Counted from the stretch's first letter, positions 1-10,485 are shown. The stretch is DNA of 64,000 bases from Escherichia coli (GCF_003019035.1 NZ_CP027447.1), one strand, 5' to 3'. The notes: generated by a model not told the origin, from the letters alone. Made by a program: numbers and translations.

Positions 1-136
1 ATAAATACCTGTAAAAGGCGCTAAAAATAGCGACTTGGGCGATTTTTGCAGCAAACGATTCAAAAGATGAGAAAAACCGTTGACGAAGGTCGAGGCAATC
101 CGTAATATTCGCCTCGTTCCCAACGGAACACAACGC

Positions 137-213
137 GGAGCGGTAGTTCAGTCGGTTAGAATACCTGCCTGTCACGCAGGGGGTCGCGGGTTCGAGTCCC
201 GTCCGTTCCGCCA
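137..213 (+). tRNA. aspV: tRNA-Asp (anticodon GTC)
   Basis: 77-nt sequence GGAGCGGTAGTTCAGTCGGTTAGAATACCTGCCTGTCACGCAGGGGGTCGCGGGTTCGAGTCCCGTCCGTTCCGCCA with cloverleaf-compatible arms, GTC anticodon context (CTGTCAC) and encoded 3' CCA; matches the E. coli tRNA-Asp sequence from memory. Confidence 0.93.
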
Positions 214-242
214 CTATTCACTCATAAAAATGAGTTCAGAGA

Positions 243-273
243 GCCGCAAGATTTTTAATTTTGCGGTTTTTTT
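243..273 (+). terminator. Rho-independent terminator after tRNA-Asp
   Basis: GCCGCAAG...TTGCGG hairpin followed by a T-run (ttgcggttttttt). Confidence 0.6.
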
Positions 274-540
274 GTATTTGAATTCCACCATTTCTCTGTT
301 CAATGATTTTACTCTGGCGTAAGTGCGTGATTCTCGCTTGTTGTCTCATTCATTAAAATTCAATAATGATATCGAACCATTCAGCTTAAATATATTTCCA
401 GAGAATAAATTTATATTGATTAAATGAATGTATATTTCAAATTGATTTTGTTTGTTATTATTTAAGTGAGGTATATAATTAGAGTCCGTTATCAATGCTA
501 AATATTCTAATCATTATGACAGGCGAGGGAGTGTCCAATT

Positions 541-1326
541 ATGAATTCAAAAAAGCTTTGTTGCATATGTGTGTTATTCTCGCTGCTTGCAGGATGTGCC
601 TCTGAATCTTCTATTGATGAAAAGAAGAAAAAAGCTCAAGTCACACAAAGTAATATTAATAAAAACACTCCCCAGCAACTGACAGACAAAGATTTATTCG
701 GTAATGAAACCACTCTGGCCGTATCCGAGGAGGATATTCAAGCTGCGCTTGATGGAAATGAGTTCCGCGTTCCCCTTAATTCTCCTGTAATACTTGTTCA
801 ATCCGGCAACCGCGCACCGGAAACCATTATGCAGGAGGAGATGCGAAAATATTATACTGTTTCCACATTCTCTGGTATCCCGGACAGGCAAAAGCCTCTG
901 ACTTGTAACAAAAACAAAGATAAAAATGAGAACGAGGATGTTGCCAGTGCTGAAAATATGAACTGGATGCAGGCATTGCGTTTTGTGGCTGCGAAAGGGC
1001 ATCAGAAAGCGATTATTGTTTACCATGATACGTTGCAGACAGGAAAATATGACACTGCACTGAAATCAACAGTATGGTCCGACTATAAAAATGACAAACT
1101 CACTGACGCTATCTCCCTGCGCTACCTGGTACGTTTCACGCTGGTGGATGTGGCAACAGGTGAGTGGGCTACCTGGTCGCCGGTGAATTATGAATATAAA
1201 GTGCTTCCACCATTGCCCGACAAGAATGAAGCCAGTACGACTGATATGACAGAGCAGCAAATCATGCAACTTAAGCAAAAGACCTATAAAGCGATGGTAA
1301 AAGATTTGGTTAACCGCTATCAATAA
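541..1326 (+). CDS. yafT: Lipoprotein YafT
   Basis: 261-aa ORF; N-terminal lipoprotein signal (LLAGCASE lipobox); RBS gaggga upstream of ATG; position right after aspV as in E. coli K-12. Confidence 0.8.
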   Translation: MNSKKLCCICVLFSLLAGCASESSIDEKKKKAQVTQSNINKNTPQQLTDKDLFGNETTLAVSEEDIQAALDGNEFRVPLNSPVILVQSGNRAPETIMQEEMRKYYTVSTFSGIPDRQKPLTCNKNKDKNENEDVASAENMNWMQALRFVAAKGHQKAIIVYHDTLQTGKYDTALKSTVWSDYKNDKLTDAISLRYLVRFTLVDVATGEWATWSPVNYEYKVLPPLPDKNEASTTDMTEQQIMQLKQKTYKAMVKDLVNRYQ

Positions 1327-1462
1327 TAAATTATATCTGCCGCCAGGAATTTCTGGCGGAAATAATACAAAATTCTTTGCATAAGAAATTTTTCTTGACA
1401 AAGACAGTGCAAGAAAGGACATGGAATCCGGAGTTAAAAACTGTTTGTTTTAGAATATTTAA

Positions 1463-1942
1463 TTATTTAACTGCTGAATCTTCCTTGCGAGAAATATATC
1501 CATTATTACATTTCATGCCATTTTTAATATAGATTGCTCCTGGGAAAATTCCCGTATTATTACCGCAGGGGTGATAATTAGTATTGACATATCCTGTGAC
1601 AAAAGGAGCTATTAAAGGTGCTATTACGATAGCTATTAGTAAAAATATAAGAGTTAGCTGTATTGTTATGTCTGTGGCGAAATTGACTACCTTCGTTTTT
1701 TTGATTAAGAATGATTTTATTATCGTAAGTAAAATTACATGAATATTTAAAAAGGAAAACGACATGAAACCGAAGCACAGAATCAACATTCTCCAATCAT
1801 AAAATATTTCCGTGGAGCATTTTATTATTGAATATAGAGGTTTAACTCCGGTAAAAAACAAAGAAGCATTGAATGCAGGGAAAAATAATATGGCCATAAA
1901 AAACATCGAAAGAAACTCTTTTAATTTAACATGTAAACGCAT
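1463..1942 (-). CDS. Small polytopic inner-membrane protein (YkfM-like); candidate immunity protein for the upstream effector
   Basis: 159-aa ORF in very AT-rich DNA, several hydrophobic helices (FFMAILFFPAF, MLILCFGFMSFSFL, LTLIFLLIAIVIAPLIAPFV); starts about 10 bp after the upstream gene stop. Size and position match K-12 ykfM from memory (not verified). Confidence 0.55.
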   Translation of the reverse strand: MRLHVKLKEFLSMFFMAILFFPAFNASLFFTGVKPLYSIIKCSTEIFYDWRMLILCFGFMSFSFLNIHVILLTIIKSFLIKKTKVVNFATDITIQLTLIFLLIAIVIAPLIAPFVTGYVNTNYHPCGNNTGIFPGAIYIKNGMKCNNGYISRKEDSAVK

Positions 1943-1951
1943 GGTTAATCC

Positions 1952-2881
1952 TCATATCACGGGTGGAGTGTTAAGAACATACATAAATGGAGTCATGTTT
2001 TCCCTTTTCCATTTATCAAGTTCCTGTTGCCGTTTTAGTCCATCTCTAATTGCATATTTTAATTTTTCTGATAAATGGCATTGAGCATCGATTTCATTTA
2101 AAACAACTGTACACACTATCCCTGTCAGTAAAATTGCTCCTCCGACAAGAATTACTGGAAAGCCAAAGCTAACACAGGCAAAAGAAGCCAGGCTTCCAAT
2201 AGCGGTTGCAACACCACCGGCTATAACTGCTTTGGCCACATCCATTGAAAAATCGCCAAGAAAATTAACCAGATCTCGCTCTGAACTCATAATAAATTCT
2301 ATGGTTCTCCAGGCTACTGAAAACCAGATACAGAACTTAACTCCTTTTATTGATTCAGATAAAGCTCCTCGCCAGCCAATAGCGAGTTCCAGAACTTGAG
2401 GCGCTCGTGAAGAGAAAATATATTTACCGAGCTTTTCTAAAAGCCAGGGGCTGGATGTTGTGATTTTTATATATTTCTCTCCAAGTATTTCAAAGTAACT
2501 TGCTTTTGTATACTTTAAGGCATTAAGGTTAAATATAATTTTCCCATTGTCATCAAACTCAGTCATTAATTTACCCGCGTTAACTAACCAGGCGAGTGTA
2601 TCTTTTATACCTGAAGGATGTGTAGTGATAAAATGAATGTAATCAAATGATGTTATTGGGCTGAGTATTTTTTTTGCAACATCAAGTGTCAAGAGAATAA
2701 CATGATGAGTGTTCTGATGCCTTAACTCATCAATGAGTGGGACGTCGTTAAGATAAGGGTGCTGAGGTACTAGCTGGTTTATCGGCTGAGCCCCCCGAAG
2801 AATGTCACCCACATAATCAGCCCACTGTGCATTCTGTGTGTTGTTGTTATTCCTTAAACCAGCCATTTTATCTCTCCGCAA
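1952..2881 (-). CDS. Putative Hcp-associated T6SS cargo effector with C-terminal glycine-zipper transmembrane hairpin (YafU-like, full length)
   Basis: 309-aa ORF in AT-rich DNA immediately downstream of an Hcp paralogue (28-bp gap); C-terminal region AVIAGGVATAIGSLASF...FPVILVGGAILLTGIVCTVV has two glycine-zipper helices typical of membrane-disrupting toxins. Function inferred from context only. Confidence 0.5.
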   Translation of the reverse strand: MRRDKMAGLRNNNNTQNAQWADYVGDILRGAQPINQLVPQHPYLNDVPLIDELRHQNTHHVILLTLDVAKKILSPITSFDYIHFITTHPSGIKDTLAWLVNAGKLMTEFDDNGKIIFNLNALKYTKASYFEILGEKYIKITTSSPWLLEKLGKYIFSSRAPQVLELAIGWRGALSESIKGVKFCIWFSVAWRTIEFIMSSERDLVNFLGDFSMDVAKAVIAGGVATAIGSLASFACVSFGFPVILVGGAILLTGIVCTVVLNEIDAQCHLSEKLKYAIRDGLKRQQELDKWKRENMTPFMYVLNTPPVI

Positions 2882-2909
2882 TAGTAATTTATTATGTTAT
2901 TACAGTAAG

Positions 2910-3392
2910 TTACTGTACACGATCCTGCCATTTACTCATTGCATTCGTACCGGCTAACGTATGCTCCCAGGAAATATCTTCATAAATAAAGGCAATTCTC
3001 TCCTGTGGTTCCAGTTCTTTTTCCAGGACAGCATGCGGTGTGACAAAATCAATACTTGATATTCGGGCTTTTGACAGATTTATTTTATAATAAGGCTGGT
3101 AAATACCCGCTTTACTGGTTCGGTAGAGTATAAATTCACATAATGCCATTTTTTCATTGTCACTAAGTGCTTTTGCCAGCAATGGTGAGGATTTATCAAC
3201 CGGTTTGGTGATAATTAATTCATGATGATTGACATTTTGACTTCTTGAGATGGAATGCATTAACGCATAAACCATGATCTGATCTTTATGTTCTGGCTGC
3301 GCTTTGTTTCCGACAGAATCAAGCGTTGAGCAACCTGCTGAAATTAGCCCTTGTGTCTCTCCACTCAAAGATAAATAACTTATATTTGCCAT
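2910..3392 (-). CDS. Hcp-family protein (second, divergent Hcp paralogue)
   Basis: 160-aa ORF; N-terminal YLSLSGETQGLISAGCSTLDSVGN and C-terminal ISWEHTLAGT motifs parallel the main Hcp at 23478-23996 (YISITGQTQGNITAGAFTADSVGN ... IEWEHVKSGT). Confidence 0.7.
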   Translation of the reverse strand: MANISYLSLSGETQGLISAGCSTLDSVGNKAQPEHKDQIMVYALMHSISRSQNVNHHELIITKPVDKSSPLLAKALSDNEKMALCEFILYRTSKAGIYQPYYKINLSKARISSIDFVTPHAVLEKELEPQERIAFIYEDISWEHTLAGTNAMSKWQDRVQ

Positions 3393-3415
3393 GATAATCT
3401 CCTTTAATTAAATAA

Positions 3416-4768
3416 TTATTTTTCGGCCGTGGTACCGGTTGCCGCCTCTGGCATGACGTTATTCTTCAGCAGCAGCCAGCGGCTTAACACGCCTTCGAGT
3501 CGCTCATTAATTTGTTTTTCCAGCGCATCTGTATTCTGCTTCTGCGCACGGGCATCCTGGTACTGCGTCAACAGAGACTCAACGGGTGTTTCCTGCCCCA
3601 GTCCCCGCTCCGCCTGCCAGATGACATTTTTGATATAGGAAAGGGTTAGTCCCTCTTTCTCGCGCTGCATCACTAGATCTGCAAAAGCATGTAAGTCCTG
3701 GCGGGTCTGCAACCAGCCACGCAACTGCGGGCTACTCTGTGCGCGGGTTTTGAGTGCCTCATTCCATTGTGTCGAGGCCTGTTGCTGTTGCAGGCTTTCC
3801 GGCCAGCGACTGTCGGCAACACGCATCATCTGCATCCCGGTTTCCAGCGGCTGTACCGGGGAGGTATCAAGAAGTTGTTGCAGCCTGCGCTCATAGTTTT
3901 CGAGTTCAGGTGAGGCCATCCACACCGTTGCTGCGCCCTGAGCGGTGTCGTTAACCTGTAACAGTTGCTGCTGCACCGGATAGACCTGCCACCACCACAA
4001 TGCTGAGGCGACAGCCACTGAACAGGCGATCCCTGCGATAAACCCTCTTACCATACTGCCTTGCTTTATCACACTGGCCTGTGGGGGATTCTCTGTCAGA
4101 CTGCGCACTTCCACTTTCATCTCAGGCAGGCCAGGCAGGGGAGGCACTACCGCTTCTGGTGTGGAAGATGCCTGTGTTTCCGGGGCATAAATCAGCGTTC
4201 TGACCGTGGTCTGTGCGGCGTTCTCAGTGTTACTCTTCAGCTGGGGTTCAAGCCGTTTACGCGTGTTCTGCATAAAATAGAGCAGATTCTCCACGCGCGG
4301 AACGCGCTTCAGTTCCACCTGCTGGAGCTTATCGCAGATAAGCTGCAATGCCCGCTCTGTGCGGTAGATCAGTGGTAGGTCGGATTCCGCAAAGGAGATT
4401 TGCTGACGCAGAATATTGCCGGTTCGGGAGTTAAACCAGTCCAGCATTTCAGTACGCGCCGGGCCGCCCTGCGGCCAGAACTTATCCCAGTCGTGGCTTA
4501 CCATTGCCGCCAGCAGTTCCGCACCTTCGCAGAATCCCGCCAGTCCCTGTGTCCGTGTCCGGGCAAGCGTATAGTAGGTGGCGGTGTGTAAATCCACACC
4601 GTTGGCTTTAAAAATCGCCAGCGCCAGCGACTCCACCAGTTTCCAGTTCAGCTCAGGCTGTGACGGGTGGCTGGCTTTGTTTATTTCCTCGCGGATGGCG
4701 CTGAATTCCGGCAGCCCGCGCGGGTCACTGCCGGTAACGATAGTTTGTGTCAGTACGTTACTATTCAT
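3416..4768 (-). CDS. tagA: TssA-like ImpA_N-domain protein with transmembrane segment (TagA/VasL-like)
   Basis: Start set at MNSNVLTQ with strong RBS (gaggagg); N-terminal DPRGLPEFSAIREEINKA resembles the ImpA_N motif; mid-protein TM helix (GFIAGIACSVAVASALWWW). The ORF-track N-terminal extension overlaps the tssM stop and is rejected. Confidence 0.55.
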   Translation of the reverse strand: MNSNVLTQTIVTGSDPRGLPEFSAIREEINKASHPSQPELNWKLVESLALAIFKANGVDLHTATYYTLARTRTQGLAGFCEGAELLAAMVSHDWDKFWPQGGPARTEMLDWFNSRTGNILRQQISFAESDLPLIYRTERALQLICDKLQQVELKRVPRVENLLYFMQNTRKRLEPQLKSNTENAAQTTVRTLIYAPETQASSTPEAVVPPLPGLPEMKVEVRSLTENPPQASVIKQGSMVRGFIAGIACSVAVASALWWWQVYPVQQQLLQVNDTAQGAATVWMASPELENYERRLQQLLDTSPVQPLETGMQMMRVADSRWPESLQQQQASTQWNEALKTRAQSSPQLRGWLQTRQDLHAFADLVMQREKEGLTLSYIKNVIWQAERGLGQETPVESLLTQYQDARAQKQNTDALEKQINERLEGVLSRWLLLKNNVMPEAATGTTAEK

Positions 4769-4778
4769 CCCTGCCTCC

Positions 4779-7700
4779 TCAGTACAGTGTGTCTGACAGA
4801 CCAAACTGGCTGAACAACCCACCGCTGAACGGGTTATCTTCCGTGTCGGTATGCACACGGTAGGTCATCGCGCCACCGTCCACGCTAAAGCGCACGGTAA
4901 AGTTGCCATCCTGTACTCCGGTCAGTTGTCCGGCCCCGAACAGGCGGAACTGCGCCCACGGCCCGCTGAAGCTGATACTGCGCGGCGCGTTGCCGCTGGT
5001 GCCGATGAGCGTCAGCTTACTTTCGTTGCCTTCGCGCATGTTGTTAGGCCAGACCAGATGGGCGGTATAGTTACGGCCCTGGCTGTAATCGACTAACTGA
5101 CCGTCAAGGTTCAGTACACTGCGGCGTTTATTGCCTGAAAGCGATACCGTTTCCACGGCAAAGGATGTTCCCAGACCGTTCTGTTTGCTGAAGAAGATGT
5201 CACGGATTTTCTGCGCAGTTTCCAGTTGCGCAATAATATCTTCGCGAATAATGACGTTGTTATCGCCGTCTTCCAGGCTCAGATCATTGTCGATAAACAG
5301 TTTCAGGTTCTGCTGGTAGAAGGTATCCAGTATGCCATCCGGTTTAAAGAATCGTTCGAAGGCATCCAGTGAGGCATCCTGTGCAGAACGTGGATTAAAC
5401 GGATAGTTATTTGCCAGTTGCTCGTTAAACGGTTTCACCACGCTGTCGCGCCAGTCCACTTCCATATAGTGAACGGCTTCCACCATCACCACATGCCAGG
5501 CCTGGTCAGCCAGCCTGCCTACCCAGCGGTTGAGCGGAGCAGGCAGTGTTTTTGCCATCTGGCGGGTGGCGAATATTGGATCGCTGCTGTTCTGATCAAG
5601 CCTTAACTGCACGGCTTTCAGCGCCGATTTCCCTGGTACAGGCGCGTTCTGGATTGCCAGCAGGTAGCGGTGTAACTCGGTGAGCTGCTGGTATACGGCC
5701 TGCATCGTGCTTTCTTTGTCTTTCTGTACTGTCAGGGTACTGTTTTCCGGGGCGAATTCATGCCCGAGGCGGGTAAGTAACTGGTAATCCGGCTCTGCCA
5801 GGGCCTCATCCCGCTCTTTGGCAGAGAGTTTTTCAGAAAAGACTCCTGGCTGTGTGTTGTCACGCAGCACGGTCAGCGCCCGCTGCAAAGGCTGGTCGCC
5901 GCTGATAACCTGCTCCAGAGTGCCAGTCAGTTGTCCAATGGACTCAAAATTGCGGATATTGAGATTGTCCATCCCGGCCCGCCAGGTGGCGGTGTAGTCG
6001 CTGATATACTGCTCGGTCAACTGGCGCTGAATTTCCGCGCGGTCGGCGTCACTGTATTTCACGCTGCGGGTGAGGTTGAGTACCCAGGAATCCATCGCCG
6101 TCAGTTCAACCAGTTCATCGCGCTGTTTTACAAAATAGCTTTGCAGGCCGTAACGGGTAAGAAACTGTGGAACAACCAGTTTGTTATCATCGGCAGATGT
6201 AAACACCTGGTCAAAGGTTGGCCCTACCTGGTCACGCAGATTGAGGTCAGCAGGAAGAACGCCCAGCGCCCGCGTTTTCAGGCTCTGATAAACCCGCTGG
6301 TAGACAGGCAGTTTGCTCAGTTCTTTCTGTGCTGATACCACGGGCTTGTCATATGGCGTCCAGCGGCTGATGGCATCACCGTCGCCCGCCTGACGCTCTG
6401 CATGCCAGTCAGTATGAGCCAGCGCGTAGTCAAGATGGGACATCAGTTGTGTCTGGATATCGCGCTGTCCGTGGAACTTTTCGCTCCAGCGTTTTGCCAT
6501 ATACTGCTTCACCACCTCATTGTTACGTCCGCTTTTGTCCTCCAGCATTCGCATCACGCGCAGCACCGCGAGTTTTTCTTCACTCTCCGGCGGCGCGGCA
6601 TTCATCGCTTTGACCAGCCCGTTAAACAGCGAGGGCAGGTAACGCTGCTCCAGAAGTTGCAGATAGGTCTGTTCCACATATGGCCCGATACGTCTCCCCT
6701 GGTACAGGCCCATATCGGCCAGACGGCTGCGCTCGCCCCAGTCGCCATAGGCCAGTGTTGCATCGCGTACCGGGTTCAGCAGTGGCAGTTGCAGGTTGCC
6801 AAAGTCATCTTCCCCCTGCGGAGGCGGCACGTCCATAAAGGCTTTGGCCTGCTTAAGCACGGTGATGCCGGACTGATAGTTACCGTTGTAATAGTGATGC
6901 CAGCCGGTGATGAGCAGCAGTGCCGCCACGCCGCCTGTGGCAGAGAAAACCGTCAGGCGGCGACGGGAACGCATCAGCCAGGCGCTGCTCTCTGTTGCCA
7001 GATTAGGCTCTGCGAGTAATGCCTGCGGGAACAGGCTGCGGGTGAAATAAGGCGCGGTGTCCACCAGAGGCCAGGACGCCAGTGGGTTATTGCCCAGTCG
7101 GTACTGGCGGGCAGCAGACTGGGTGAATATATCATCCATCTGTCCACGCTGAAGCGAAGAGGTGAGATAGACACCACGCAGCATCACGTTCATATTTTCG
7201 CCGTCAAGCAGACCCTCAAGCAGTGACACCAGCGGCTCACGGCTTCCCTGCATCTGGCGGGAAAAACTGAATAAAGACGCGCGGGTGTGAGTCTGGGTGA
7301 CCATCAGATCCGGCAACGCCAGATTCATTCGATCCACCCATGTCTGCCAGAAAGCATTCAACTCTGTTCGCCAGTCATCATTTTCATGAGCACGGCGGGT
7401 GAACGTAACACCCAGAATCGCATCGCGATCCTGTCTGTTCAGTGACTGAAACAGGGCGGCAAAACCCTGCAATAAATCAAGCCGGGTCAGTACCACGTAA
7501 ACCGGTAACTGGCAATGAAGATGCTGGCGTATATCCTGTAAGCGGCTGCGCAGCGTCTGTAACAGATGCTCGCGGCGGCGTTTGTCTGCGGTCAGCAGAT
7601 CGGGTAAATCGAGTGTCAGAATAATCCCGTTCAGCGGCTGGCGCGCGCGCTTTTCCTTCAGCCAGCCGAGGGCATGTTCCCACAGACGGCGATGCAGGAT

Positions 7701-8303
7701 ATCCGCATCAGCGGGAGCGCAGAGTGTGCCGTCGATATCAAAGATCACCGCCTGTTTACCGACATGGGGCGTGAGGTACAGGCGTTGTTCTGCGCCGCGC
7801 GCGCCCTCCGGGGCATAAATAATGTCTGACGGAAACCCCTCGCGCAGCAGTGTCGTTTTGCCACTGCCCACAGGACCGATGACCATATACCACGGCAACT
7901 GCCACAGGAAACGGCGGTTGTCGAGATGGCGTTGCAGGCGCAGCAGCCAGCGGTCGAGGTAACGCTGCTGGGCGTTCAGTTCCACACTGAGCGCATCAAC
8001 GGCTTCCTCGCGCTGTTGCTTTTGCATTTTTTCAAGCTGTTGCAGGCGCTTCATTACCCGGACGGTAAGCCACACCAGGGCAATAATCCCCCACGCCGCC
8101 GTTGCCAGCCAGCGGTTCGCCAGTGGTTTGAGCCACTGCTCTTCATACAGCGTCCATGTCGGGCCTTTCCACCAGATCCATACCAGCAGGAAAATCCACG
8201 CCAGTATCAGCAGCCAGAATGCAGAAACTTTAAACCGGGGCATCGCCGGGCGCAGGGCTGATTTGAGTTCGCTGAATAGTCGGGGTGTTGGTAATCTGAA
8301 CAC
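4779..8303 (-). CDS. tssM: T6SS membrane complex protein TssM (IcmF)
   Basis: 1174-aa ORF; N-terminal TM helices, Walker A GPVGSGKTT, large periplasmic C-terminal domain. Confidence 0.9.
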   Translation of the reverse strand: MFRLPTPRLFSELKSALRPAMPRFKVSAFWLLILAWIFLLVWIWWKGPTWTLYEEQWLKPLANRWLATAAWGIIALVWLTVRVMKRLQQLEKMQKQQREEAVDALSVELNAQQRYLDRWLLRLQRHLDNRRFLWQLPWYMVIGPVGSGKTTLLREGFPSDIIYAPEGARGAEQRLYLTPHVGKQAVIFDIDGTLCAPADADILHRRLWEHALGWLKEKRARQPLNGIILTLDLPDLLTADKRRREHLLQTLRSRLQDIRQHLHCQLPVYVVLTRLDLLQGFAALFQSLNRQDRDAILGVTFTRRAHENDDWRTELNAFWQTWVDRMNLALPDLMVTQTHTRASLFSFSRQMQGSREPLVSLLEGLLDGENMNVMLRGVYLTSSLQRGQMDDIFTQSAARQYRLGNNPLASWPLVDTAPYFTRSLFPQALLAEPNLATESSAWLMRSRRRLTVFSATGGVAALLLITGWHHYYNGNYQSGITVLKQAKAFMDVPPPQGEDDFGNLQLPLLNPVRDATLAYGDWGERSRLADMGLYQGRRIGPYVEQTYLQLLEQRYLPSLFNGLVKAMNAAPPESEEKLAVLRVMRMLEDKSGRNNEVVKQYMAKRWSEKFHGQRDIQTQLMSHLDYALAHTDWHAERQAGDGDAISRWTPYDKPVVSAQKELSKLPVYQRVYQSLKTRALGVLPADLNLRDQVGPTFDQVFTSADDNKLVVPQFLTRYGLQSYFVKQRDELVELTAMDSWVLNLTRSVKYSDADRAEIQRQLTEQYISDYTATWRAGMDNLNIRNFESIGQLTGTLEQVISGDQPLQRALTVLRDNTQPGVFSEKLSAKERDEALAEPDYQLLTRLGHEFAPENSTLTVQKDKESTMQAVYQQLTELHRYLLAIQNAPVPGKSALKAVQLRLDQNSSDPIFATRQMAKTLPAPLNRWVGRLADQAWHVVMVEAVHYMEVDWRDSVVKPFNEQLANNYPFNPRSAQDASLDAFERFFKPDGILDTFYQQNLKLFIDNDLSLEDGDNNVIIREDIIAQLETAQKIRDIFFSKQNGLGTSFAVETVSLSGNKRRSVLNLDGQLVDYSQGRNYTAHLVWPNNMREGNESKLTLIGTSGNAPRSISFSGPWAQFRLFGAGQLTGVQDGNFTVRFSVDGGAMTYRVHTDTEDNPFSGGLFSQFGLSDTLY

Positions 8304-8321
8304 AAAAACTCCTGTTCTCTT

Positions 8322-9737
8322 TTATTGTTCTGCCGTGAATTTTTGTTCTAGCTGCTCAAGCAGGGACGGCTCCCAGTCTGCCACCATCATCTGCAATCCC
8401 ATCCTGAACAACATCCGGTACTGTTGCTGCGCAAGCTGTATCAGCCCCGCCTCCTCCGTCAACTGTGCGGCAAGGTACTGGCGGTGAAACTGATCGCGGG
8501 GTTCACCGGCGGGCAACGTATCCAGATACCGTAAGGCGGCTTCCAGCCCCTGTTCATCAAAACACAACCGCGCAGCCTGAATATCTTCATTACTCACCTG
8601 TATGACTGGCGCGGCCTGGTTACCTGGCTGAGTTGCAAGCCATTGCTTCGTTTTTTCAGAAACAAACGGTGTGTGGTCGTTAAACAGAAGATCGGCAAGA
8701 GCGGGCAGACGGCCAAGGAAGGAAACGACTTCATCGCGGATGGCATCGGCCACGGCGGTATAGCCAAGACGGTGCGCCGTCTGTGCAGAAATGCAGTGAC
8801 CGTCCAGCCAGTAGGGTGCCAGCAATACGCTTTTTTCCACCTGCTGCCACAGCGCCATATCGGCACTACCGAGCTGAGCATGGTAATCCGCCACCATATC
8901 GGCAGAGACCGCAGCCAGTGGGGTACGTCCATCGCTTTCCGCCTGGGGCGTACTGGTGATGGATTGCCACAGGGCATGGCGGCGGAGGCGATAGCCCAGC
9001 GGCGAGTCCGGCTGGCGTTCACATAAAATAGCCGCCACTTTTAACAGCGTGTCGCGCCAGGCTTTGTCGTCGTGACTGTCGATGGCGATCTGTAGAGCCG
9101 GAGCACTGGTTTGCGTCATGCTGCTTTCAGACGTGACGGTGGTTTGTGGTGAACTACCGGAGGCCGCCGGAGTGGGGACCGGAGCAGGAGCCGCACGATT
9201 AAACGTACGCTGGTACAGGGCAAAAAGATCATCGGTAGCCTGTGCCAGTTCCGGGACGTTATGTGACTGCCAGCACTGTGCCAGTTTCGCCAGTTCACCT
9301 AATAGCGCATCGCGCTGCGCTGTGGCGGCGTTCTGTGAAAAGCCTTCAATACCTGTTTCAAAGCGTTTAATGACCTGGCTGGCGAAGCGTTTTTTATGTG
9401 CCATATTCTGCGGCGCGGCCACCGCCCAGTAATGTTCCACATACAGTGCCAGCAGGCGCAAGGCCAGAAGCGGATCACCGGCATGTTGCAGGGTTCTCAG
9501 CAGATGCGCCAGCAGACGAAAATCCTTACTCTCCGAAGCCAGAATGACCAGCCCCCGGCGCTGGAGTTCCGGGATATCCAGTTGGCTGTGGGCCAGTGAA
9601 CCCAGTTTGACGATTTCGCCGTCGATATACTCCCAGTCCGGGTTGTCATCTTTTAGCGCCGATGCCTGTTTTTCTTCAGGCAGGTTTTCCAGCAGGTGCG
9701 ATATCCAGACATTCGGATCGCGTAAGTCCATTGCCAT
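8322..9737 (-). CDS. tssA: T6SS protein TssA (probable)
   Basis: About 470 aa from MAMDLRDP with RBS gggagaa; position between tssM and clpV in a T6SS operon; assigned by context and size, not a strong motif. Confidence 0.5.
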   Translation of the reverse strand: MAMDLRDPNVWISHLLENLPEEKQASALKDDNPDWEYIDGEIVKLGSLAHSQLDIPELQRRGLVILASESKDFRLLAHLLRTLQHAGDPLLALRLLALYVEHYWAVAAPQNMAHKKRFASQVIKRFETGIEGFSQNAATAQRDALLGELAKLAQCWQSHNVPELAQATDDLFALYQRTFNRAAPAPVPTPAASGSSPQTTVTSESSMTQTSAPALQIAIDSHDDKAWRDTLLKVAAILCERQPDSPLGYRLRRHALWQSITSTPQAESDGRTPLAAVSADMVADYHAQLGSADMALWQQVEKSVLLAPYWLDGHCISAQTAHRLGYTAVADAIRDEVVSFLGRLPALADLLFNDHTPFVSEKTKQWLATQPGNQAAPVIQVSNEDIQAARLCFDEQGLEAALRYLDTLPAGEPRDQFHRQYLAAQLTEEAGLIQLAQQQYRMLFRMGLQMMVADWEPSLLEQLEQKFTAEQ

Positions 9738-9741
9738 ATTT

Positions 9742-10485
9742 TTATTCTCCCGCCCAGTGGCAGGCGTCGCGTAGCGGCGCAATAACCCGTGCCAGCCCGT
9801 CAATGTTAAAGGTCAGCTTTCCGGCTGCGTTGTCTGCGCCGGTATCCACCGTCAGCGTTGTTGCGCCGAACAGTTGCTTAATTTCATCAATCCCGGACAG
9901 CCCCCGGCTGGACTCCAGCAGGGTGCCGTTCTCGCGCACAAACCAGTGGCTGCGCAATACCCGGCTGTCGGCATTCAGGGTGACGGCGATATCATGGACA
10001 TCCAGAGGGTGCACCAGCGCCACCTGCATCCGGGTGATATTGTCCACACAGCTGAACATCAGCACCGGGCGAGGCGGAACATGGCCGATAGCCGGGGTGG
10101 TTACCACCACCGTCGGGCGTTCCCCCGGCACCTGCGTCACCAGCAGCTCTGTGGTGTTGCCCTGGCGACGTTTTTCCTGCTCTATGGCACGGGTCCAGGC
10201 TTCGCCCACAAAACTGGCTTTGACCAGCGCCCCGTCAAACCCTGACGGGGACAGCGGTTCCAGCAGGCGGTCATAGCAGTCAAGCCGCTCCAGCGCCGCG
10301 AACTCCCGCCGACAGGACTGCATGGCCTGTAATGTGGCTGTCGCATCCGGCGGGGTCGCTGTGGCGACGGCTACCGCCACACCGGCCATTGACGATGTTT
10401 CTGCGGGCGCGGCACTGGCGGGTAAGCCCGCCATCAGGCCCGCAATAAACCATCCTGTCTGCCGGAAAACGCGCAACCTGCTCAT
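9742..10485 (-). CDS. Secreted T6SS-associated protein (VasI-like)
   Basis: 247-aa ORF with N-terminal signal peptide (FIAGLMAGLPASAAPA); embedded between clpV and tssA. Confidence 0.4.
   Translation of the reverse strand: MSRLRVFRQTGWFIAGLMAGLPASAAPAETSSMAGVAVAVATATPPDATATLQAMQSCRREFAALERLDCYDRLLEPLSPSGFDGALVKASFVGEAWTRAIEQEKRRQGNTTELLVTQVPGERPTVVVTTPAIGHVPPRPVLMFSCVDNITRMQVALVHPLDVHDIAVTLNADSRVLRSHWFVRENGTLLESSRGLSGIDEIKQLFGATTLTVDTGADNAAGKLTFNIDGLARVIAPLRDACHWAGE

Noticed and set aside
80-322. 80-aa ORF on the plus strand spanning the tRNA-Asp gene
   Set aside because: It overlaps a bona fide tRNA and its terminator; its translation is low-complexity.
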